Virus record (IMG/VR): IMGVR_UViG_3300026197_000002
Coordinates: 28,711-92,710 of that record
Strand: one strand, 5' to 3'
DNA length: 64,000 bases
Source: a virus
Made by a program: the position numbers and the translations under genes. Numbering within the stretch: position 1 is the first letter of the stretch; each line of letters starts with the position of its first letter. Shown piece by piece: positions 12,501-21,500 of this stretch. Under the pieces are notes generated by a model. It was not told the DNA's origin and did no database searches. It saw only the letters and a list, made by a program, of their open reading frames with translations.

Positions 12501-15500
12501 ACTCATCCTCATATAACTTCTGATGTGTATCTAACCAATCTCCTGCTCTCCACATAGTAGACCTTACCATATCTAGTGTACCAAAGGCTTGACCATCTGC
12601 TTCTTCCATACCTAAATAAGCACTCATATAAGCAGATACTTTCTTATCTATATCTCCCTTATATCCATCTTTTTCAAACTCATCTCTAAACATACTTTCT
12701 AAGAACTCCCTAGTAGCTTGTTTAGTATCAACTTCTATATCATCTACAATTAGTGTTTTCTCTATATCAGTATTAGCTTCACCATCAAACATTCTAGGGA
12801 AATGTCTATCTAAGAATGTATTAACTTCTTCACCTGTTGCAGAAGTCTTTTTAGTACCATTAGTAGCACTACCACGTTTAGTAAAATCATCAGTACTCTT
12901 ATAATATGCTAAATCCCCGTGTATTAACTTAGACATCTCTAATGAGTATGCTTCCCTATTAATTACATATTTAGCTATTAAAGCAGCTTTTGCTTCACCT
13001 GCTGTAAGGGTTATTCCAATATCTTTTCTAGCTTTAATGTATTCATCTATAAACTGCTTACTTACTACAGTATCTACTATATCCAACTCTCTAATCCTAG
13101 CAACTTCTTGTTTTACCTCCTTTAACATATAATTAGTTAGAGCTTTTCTTAAAATATTAGCAGTATTAGTATCTTGTTCTTCACCTGTAATGAACTCTCT
13201 TATGAAAGCCATATCAGCTTCTGTATTTATTTTACCTGTATCATTTAGCTTAAATACATTATTAGTAACCTTACCATTCTCATTTATTCTAGGTAATATA
13301 TTACCACCAGCATCACTACTCAAATATTCTTGTATAGTCATATTCTTTATATCCTCTACAAGTGATTCATGAGTTTCATCACTAAACAATTGCCCTATCT
13401 TAATATCTTTAAAGAATCTTAACTCTTTACCTTTCTTATTATAATGTTTAACATCATCACCTATTTTATTAAAATGTAATTGTCTGGCTGAATGTATCTC
13501 ATTGATAAGATGGTCTTTATATATATTAAATATTGAATGTTCTAAATTCTTATCATTTTCAGTTTTATTTTTCTCTCTTTTTGCTATAAGACTTACAACA
13601 TTCTCATAACTAATAGGTAATAAATTATCCTTACCAACATATACAGAATACTCTACACCTCTATCAGCAGCTCGTAGGTAGGGAATATAACCGTGTAGAG
13701 TAGCATTTAAGTTTACAGCATATTTATCTATATCTGATAACTTTCTAGTCTTTTTACCCACATTATTAGAATCTTGATAACCATTTAATAATGCAACATC
13801 TACTTTAACACCTTCACCAATAAGTTTTAATATCTTATTATTATTAGTTTGCATATTAAATAATTGTGGTACATCTTCTTTCAACTTATCTAATATCTTA
13901 TTTTTATCAGCCTTATTAGATGTATGTTTTATCTTATTAAATACTAATGATAAATAACTGTTAAGACCAACAGCATATTCTGTTTCACCTTCACTATTGA
14001 ATGCTTGTAATTCTATTTCATCTTCATACTCTTGTTGAATATCTGCTAAACGTAGTAGTAGTTTGGTTACTACAGTGCCTTTTAATTCTTTTTCTAAATC
14101 TTCTTTTGATTTAATATCAGGTAATATATTAACTAATGATTTTGTTACAGAAGAAACTTCTTCTTCTTGTTCAAGATTTTCATAATAAGCACTATTGATA
14201 TTAATACCTATGTTAGATAATTTAGTAAAATCTAATGTTCCATTTTTACTAAAATGTTGTTCTATATTAGCTTTCCAACTATCTACTAATCTCTTAGCTA
14301 CTCTTTGACCAACAGCATCAATCATTTGGAATGAACCATCTTCTGTCCTATTAAGTATTCTAAATTCTAATTTATTCTTACCAAATGATTGCATAAACTG
14401 TATCTGTAATCTAGCGTGTTCAGCATCTACAACATCTTCTGTAACTCTATTACCATTTTCATCTACACCTTTTACTACAGTTTTAACACCTAATTTACTA
14501 CCTAATCTCTCTTTCAATAATTCTAATGAATATCTATCAGAATCATTTTTATCAATAAGTTCATCTATTTTTTCAATGAAGTTACTAAAATTATTACTAG
14601 GTGTATCAGCTAAACTATTTATAATCTTATTAAAGAATGCAGAAGGATTCACTAATTCAGGAGTACCTAAAACGTTATTCCTATCTACTACTATCTTACC
14701 ATCTTGTTTTACCATTTTAGGAATACCGTATACCAACATCTTGATAGGTCTAGGTAATCCATCTTTTGAACTGAAATATATATGTGCTTTACCTAATGGG
14801 TCATTTATCTCATCATAATCATCAGGATTTTTCTCTTTATTATCTGTTACTTCCTCATTCTTTTCATCTATATTATCATCTACTTTAAATTCTATACCAT
14901 ATTGTTTTACTCTATTAGTATGTTCTTTTACTATTTCTCTCCAAGAGTCTTCTTGCATTAATATGTTTGCTATATTTTTTAAACGCTCTTTTGTTTCAGC
15001 ATCATTAGTAGCTTGAAATTTTTGAACAATTTGACTAATAGTAATATTTCTTAAATCTTCTTTTGCTAAATTCAATCTACCATCTTTAATATCTATGGCA
15101 TTATAACCATATAATTCAGATAAATTAAAATCCCTATTACCTGAAAATAAATCTTCTGCTGTACCTTCACTAAATATCTTTTTCATTAAAACAGCACTCA
15201 TACCATTCATAAGAGCTTCTGTTTCAGCAATAGTTAATTTAATATCATCTAATTCAATAGCTCTATAATCTTCTTGTGATGTAGGATTTTGACTATGTGG
15301 GGTGGTATCTTTATATTTACCAGCATCAATATTCTTATATATATCTTCTCTTGTAACAGTCTTTTTAACAAAAATGCTTTTTATCATATTCCATAATTGC
15401 TGAAATATATTTTTACGAGTTTTAGCCGTTGGCTGAATTGAACCATCAGATAACATGTATTCTCTAAACTTTTCAGCAAGATATTCTTTATCAGCTAAGG

Positions 15501-18500
15501 TTTCTCCATAAGATTGTAGAATATCCTTGTATAACCTAGATTGTCTTTCAGTATCTGTTATCTCATCTACTAATGTTTGTTTTTCTTTATTAGTTAAAGC
15601 ATTTCTCCACACAACTTCAAAGGCTTCATGGTATGTAGTACCACCTTCTTCCATATTAGATACTACAACTTCACCTGTTGAAGTAAATAGTCCTAAACCT
15701 TTATTTCTAATTAAAGTATCAACTCTACTATATGGTACATTAGGGAATTTTTCTTTAAACCAAGAGGTTTCTTTTTCTATTTGCTTAGGTGATATTTTTA
15801 CATTAGTCTTTTTAAATATAGGTAATCTAAAAGTCACATTACCTAAATCTATATTATTAATATCAGGTTTTGTTGTGTCAGATGATTTCTCTAATTCTGC
15901 TAATTTTTCATTATAGTCTTTATCAATTGCATCTTTAGCATCTTGTTCAGTTTTAAAACCCATTTTAAAACCAGGTACTTTATACACCTTTTCACCTGAA
16001 ATAGTTTCTTCTTTAATATTATTTAAAGCATTATCTTTTTCTTTATTTAGTTCATCTTTTGTAGTAGCAACATTTTTAGAATCTTCAACAACCTCTTGTT
16101 TAACAGAAGTATCAACTGTTGTAGAAGGTTTTTTCTTACTATCTTCCACAACATCTTTTTTAACCTGTTGTTTCTGGGGTTCACTAGAAGGTTCTTTCCT
16201 AGATTCTTCTATAATCTCCTGTTTTACATTAGGTATTTCAGTAGATTCATATTCATTATATACAGCAGATTTATTTTCTGCTACCTTTTCTATATTATAT
16301 TTCCTCAAAGGTATACCATTATAAACCCTAGTATTAAGTACTTTATCAAATAAGTAATCTTTATATGTTGGAGATTGTTCTAACTTCAATGTTCCATTTT
16401 TTAATACAGGATATAAGAATGGTTTATTTAACATATCTTTATTAACCATATCTACACTAACATTCTTATATTTATTAGCTAAAAAGTTTTTTAATCTGTT
16501 ATATAATTTCCCTTTATTATTTTTTAAATCAGATAATCTAATAACTATTGGACTACCATCTTCAATAAAATCACCTAATTCTCCTGAATCTGTTGTGTTA
16601 TCATAATTAGGGATTGTAATAGTAGGATTCTTAGGGTCAGTAAAATTAAATGATATTTGAGATTTGGGATTTTTATTACCTACTTCATAAGAAATACCAT
16701 CCTTTGTAACTATAGCACCTGTACCATAGTTTAATAAACTATTAATAAGTCCTATATTATTTTTATCACTAAAAAATTTAATAGTTTTATCATTACCATC
16801 AACAGTAGGTAATGTTATAGTAGTATTAGAAACCTCTTTTTTAGGATTTAATACATGTTTTACTAATTCAATTATAGTTTTTAAATCTTGCTCATCATCT
16901 CCCCAACGTTTTTCTGTAACAGGTATCAACCTACCATCTGCTTGTAACAATACATTCCTACCTGTTTTTTTATCTACTTCAAATTCAAAGCTATATTCAT
17001 CTATTGGTATGCTATCTTTATTTTTATCTAATTTTGGGGCTATAATAACAGGTACTAACTTTCTTGACTTAGGAATATTTTTATCATCCAATGCTTTTCT
17101 AACACTAACAGGAGAATCCATTTTAATATACTCTCCACTAGACATTGCCGTAATAGTATATACATCTCCATCATTAACATTTTTATCAGTTATTGCTTCA
17201 AATAATGGAATATATCTATTACCATTAACATCTTTTTTATTTCTAGTAGTATTAATAACAGGATTACCATCTTTATCTAAAAATACAGCTATATGAGTAA
17301 CATTCTTATTATCAATAGCTTTTTTTATTATATTTTCAGCATATACAGATTTGTTATTTTTACCTTTACTTCTTTGTAAATAATCATCTAATAATCCTTC
17401 TTTTCTAAGAGATTCAACACTTCTTATTTTTACTTTTAATTTACCACCACCTTTTGATATATGGTCAGATATATGTTTATCTATTTGTTTTAATCTTACA
17501 GGATTGACACTTTTAGATTGTCTACTTGTATCTGATGTTAATATACTATTATCATGACTTCTAACAGCTTCTTTATATGTATTCCTAGTCCAAGACATAA
17601 ATGATATAGAATCTGCTGTATTCTCTAACTTAGATACTTCTTTTACATTATCTGAACGTTTATCTAGTGAATCTTTTTCATTAGTATATGATTCAGCTGT
17701 TTTTTTATCATTATTAGCTTTTCTCTTTTTCTCATTATCTAATTCTTCTTGTGTTTTCTCCTGTTGCTCATTAGTATCATCTAGGTTATCCTGTTTGGTA
17801 CTAGGTTTTTCTTGTGTAAATTTATTATTTTCTGGCTTATAGTATTTAATTAAATCTTTATTATATTTTCCATCATTAATATCTTCTTTAGCTTCATTTT
17901 TACTAAACCAAGTTAATGGTATACCATCAATTTTTAAAGATTTTAAACCTTCTATATAATAAACTTCTTGAGTTCCTGCTGCATTAGTAGTACTTTTTAA
18001 ATTCTTAATAGCTGCTGTTTTTAAATCTTCATATTCTTTATCACCTTTTTCTTGTGTAGGAGGTTTAACTTTTGGAGGAGTTTGATTCTTAACTTCAGCT
18101 ATTTTAGCATCATATTTAGCATTAATCCTATCATAAGCAATTTGAAAATCTGCTTCTACCCCTAATTCAAATTTTAAATCTAACGCAAGCTGTTTTTTTA
18201 TAGCTTTTACTACTTCCAAAGATTGGGTAGTTTTAGAATTTCCATTTAGTATTGATTTTATTACATCTTCTATTCTATCTGCATTTTGATTTTTTTTCGT
18301 TACAAGTATATTTCCATCTTTATCAAATCTAGCTTCTAATACTATTTTATCTCCTACTTTTCCAATAATTTTAAGATTCTCTATATTTGAAGAATTTATA
18401 TTTATATTATTGACATTTTGATAAACCATATCTGGTTTAGCATCATAGGCATCTAATTCAGCTTCTCTTTCAGATTCTAACTTCTCTATCTCATTTTGTT

Positions 18501-21500
18501 GTTGTTCTTTTAAATTAGAATCTTGATTACTTTCTTTTAAAGTTTTTCTATTCTTAACTTCAGCTATTTTAGCATTGTATTTAGCATTGATTTCATCTTC
18601 AAATAACAGGTCATTCAAATTACTATCTATAAGCTCTTGAACAAAGTTTAATCCTTCAGAAAAAGCTATAACTTTACTACCATCTTTCCTGTTTAAATAT
18701 AAATGTGCAATTATTTTCTTTAATTTTTCATCAGAAGTTCCTTTGTTTTTTTCTCTTTTTATTAAAGTTAAAATTTCTCTAATTTCATTTCTTAACTGTT
18801 TTTCTAAATCTTCTTTTGCTCTACCTTCAAAAACAGACTCGTCTATAGCTTTTAAATGAGCCATTCTTATAAGCCCTTTTGCTTTTACTTTTGAACTATT
18901 TTCTAATTCAGATTCTTTTTCAGCTTCTAATTTTTTTATCTCATCTTGTTGTTCTTGTGTAAGTTCTCCTTCTTGTGTAGTTGTAGTATCTTTTACATTA
19001 GGTTGAGTAGATGTAGATTCTAACGCTTCTAATTCTGCATCATATTTAGCATCAATTTGTTTTATAAGGGCTTCTTTAGTATCAGTATTTTTAAACCTAT
19101 GTTCATCTATAGGTATAGAAATTCCCCAAGAAGTTCCTAATTTCCCTCTACGATACCAACTTATTCCTTTAATATTAGCTTTTGCTTTTTTTCTATTATC
19201 TTCTATTCTAGTTCTTTGTGAATCTATTGATTGATTATTATTAACAACATCATCTCCTTCTATTGTACCATCTTCATTAGTTAATACAGTTTCAGTACCA
19301 TCATTATTTTCAGTAGGTACTTCTCTACTTTTTACAGCAACAGGTGTATGTTCCCATTCATTATTAATAGCTAAGTTATTAACATCAATTATAAATTTAT
19401 TTACAATATTTGGTACAATATCATCTTTGGTAGTAGTAGTTTCTCCCTTTTTATTTGGTTTATTAAGTTCTTCTTTACCTGCAAAAACTTGTGTTAAATT
19501 AGAAGATTTTAATATTTTATCAAATATATTATCTGCTAATTTAGATAAAGATTCAAAAGTTGATACATCTATATCTTTAAAGTTGATGCCATTAGTAGCT
19601 TTTTCTACATAAGTTTTAAAATCTTCATTTTCAATACCTTCTACTTTACCATTTGCTTCTATAAGTTTCTTTAAAAAACTTTCACGTAATACATCTTTTA
19701 ACTCTTTTACCGAAACTATTTTTTCCTTTAACAGACCCATAAAAGCATTTTTCTTTCCTTTAGTTTCTGCATCAGTTAATTTACTTAAAAATTTAGATAA
19801 CTGCTGTATAGCAAATACTTGTTTCTTAGATAATTGGTCATACTGTTCTTTTCCAAAATTACCATCTTTATCTAATATAGAATCTTCTGTTGCATCTGTT
19901 ATATCAAACTCTTTCTGTATACCTACATTTTCAGGTTCAGTTGGTGGATTATTTTGAGCATTATCAATTTTAGCTTTTGTAGTACTTTTAGCAGATTGCA
20001 CAGCAAGAGAATTTGTATTAGCTTCTGTTAAATTAGTTTCAGCTTTTTTAGCTTCTTCTTTTAATTCTTCTGCTGTTTTACTATTTTTTATATTAGTAGT
20101 AGCTTCATTAACTGCTAACTCCTTAATTTCTTTATCTCTTTTTTTATTAGCTTTATCTATCTTTTTAGCAGTCTTTTTACCTTCTTTTCTAAAACCTTCT
20201 ATAATAGATTCTTTATTCTTTTGGAAATCTTTAATCTTATCCAAGGTGTTACTATAACTTTCTAGGATACCCTTGTGATACCTAACTTCTTTACTGTCGT
20301 CTTTATTTAATGCAATATCAACAGCTCTTTTAGTAACATCTTTATCTACTAATCCTTGTAAATATTCAGTTGCTTCTTCTGGTTTAATTTCATCTATTAA
20401 ACTTTGTAACTCATCTTTAATAGAATCTAATTCTTTATCTATTTTATTAATCTCTTCATCTTTTGTTGCATTAGCAAGTTCTGCATTTTTACTTTGAGCT
20501 TTTCCTTTAAGAGTTTCTATTTTATCAGTAATACCTTCTCTTTTCTTATTAATCTTTTCTAATTCTTTAGCAGCATCTTCTCCAAATACATTAGATACTT
20601 CTTTTGGGTCATTTAATATATCATTAACCGTATTATTAAATTCTTCCTTTTGTGTATAATCTTCTAAGAACTTTTGAGATTTTACAACATCTTCTTGCAT
20701 AATATTAGCCCTTGTAATAAATGCAGATAAATGTCCTGTATATAAAGCATTAGCTATATCATCTGATTGTTGCATAGCTTGTAAATCAGATAATACCTTA
20801 ATACCTTCTTTTACATGCTTAGCTTTTTTCTTAGCTATATCTTTATAATTCTCACCACCAAATTTCTCCAATTCAGCATCTGTATAATCAGTTAATCCTT
20901 TTAATTGTGCCTCTGTATAGTCAGGTACATTTTCTAAATTATTATAATCACTAACATATTTATCAAGAGCTTCTCTATCTTTTTCAGGTACTCTCTCTAA
21001 TACTTTTGAAATTCTAGCTTCATCTTTTTGGTCTAAAATAATCTGAAAATCTTTTTCAGACATATTTACCCCAAATTTTAAAGTATCATAATCTTTTGAA
21101 AGTTGTTCAAGATATTTAGCTTTTTCTGTAACACTATTATCAGCTTTTTGAGCTTCTTCAAATGATGCTAGTAAATGCTCCCCCACCCCTGTAGAAAAAG
21201 CTCTTTTCATAGTTAATTCAAATAAGTCATCTTGTAGATTCTTCAAACCTTTCCTAGATTTCTCCATATCTTCCAAGTTACCACTATCATTAACTTTATC
21301 ATACAAGTTAGATATTTTATTAGTAATATTTTCATAAGCCTGCATATCAGAAATCATACTATTACGTAGAGTTCCATATTGCTCTTTAAGGTCTTCTGTG
21401 CTAGTATCAGGTTTTGAAATAGCATTCATAATAACCTTTTGACCACCACCACCTAATGCACCTAATGTAAAAGCTAATGCTCCTTCTTCATCAAAAGTTC

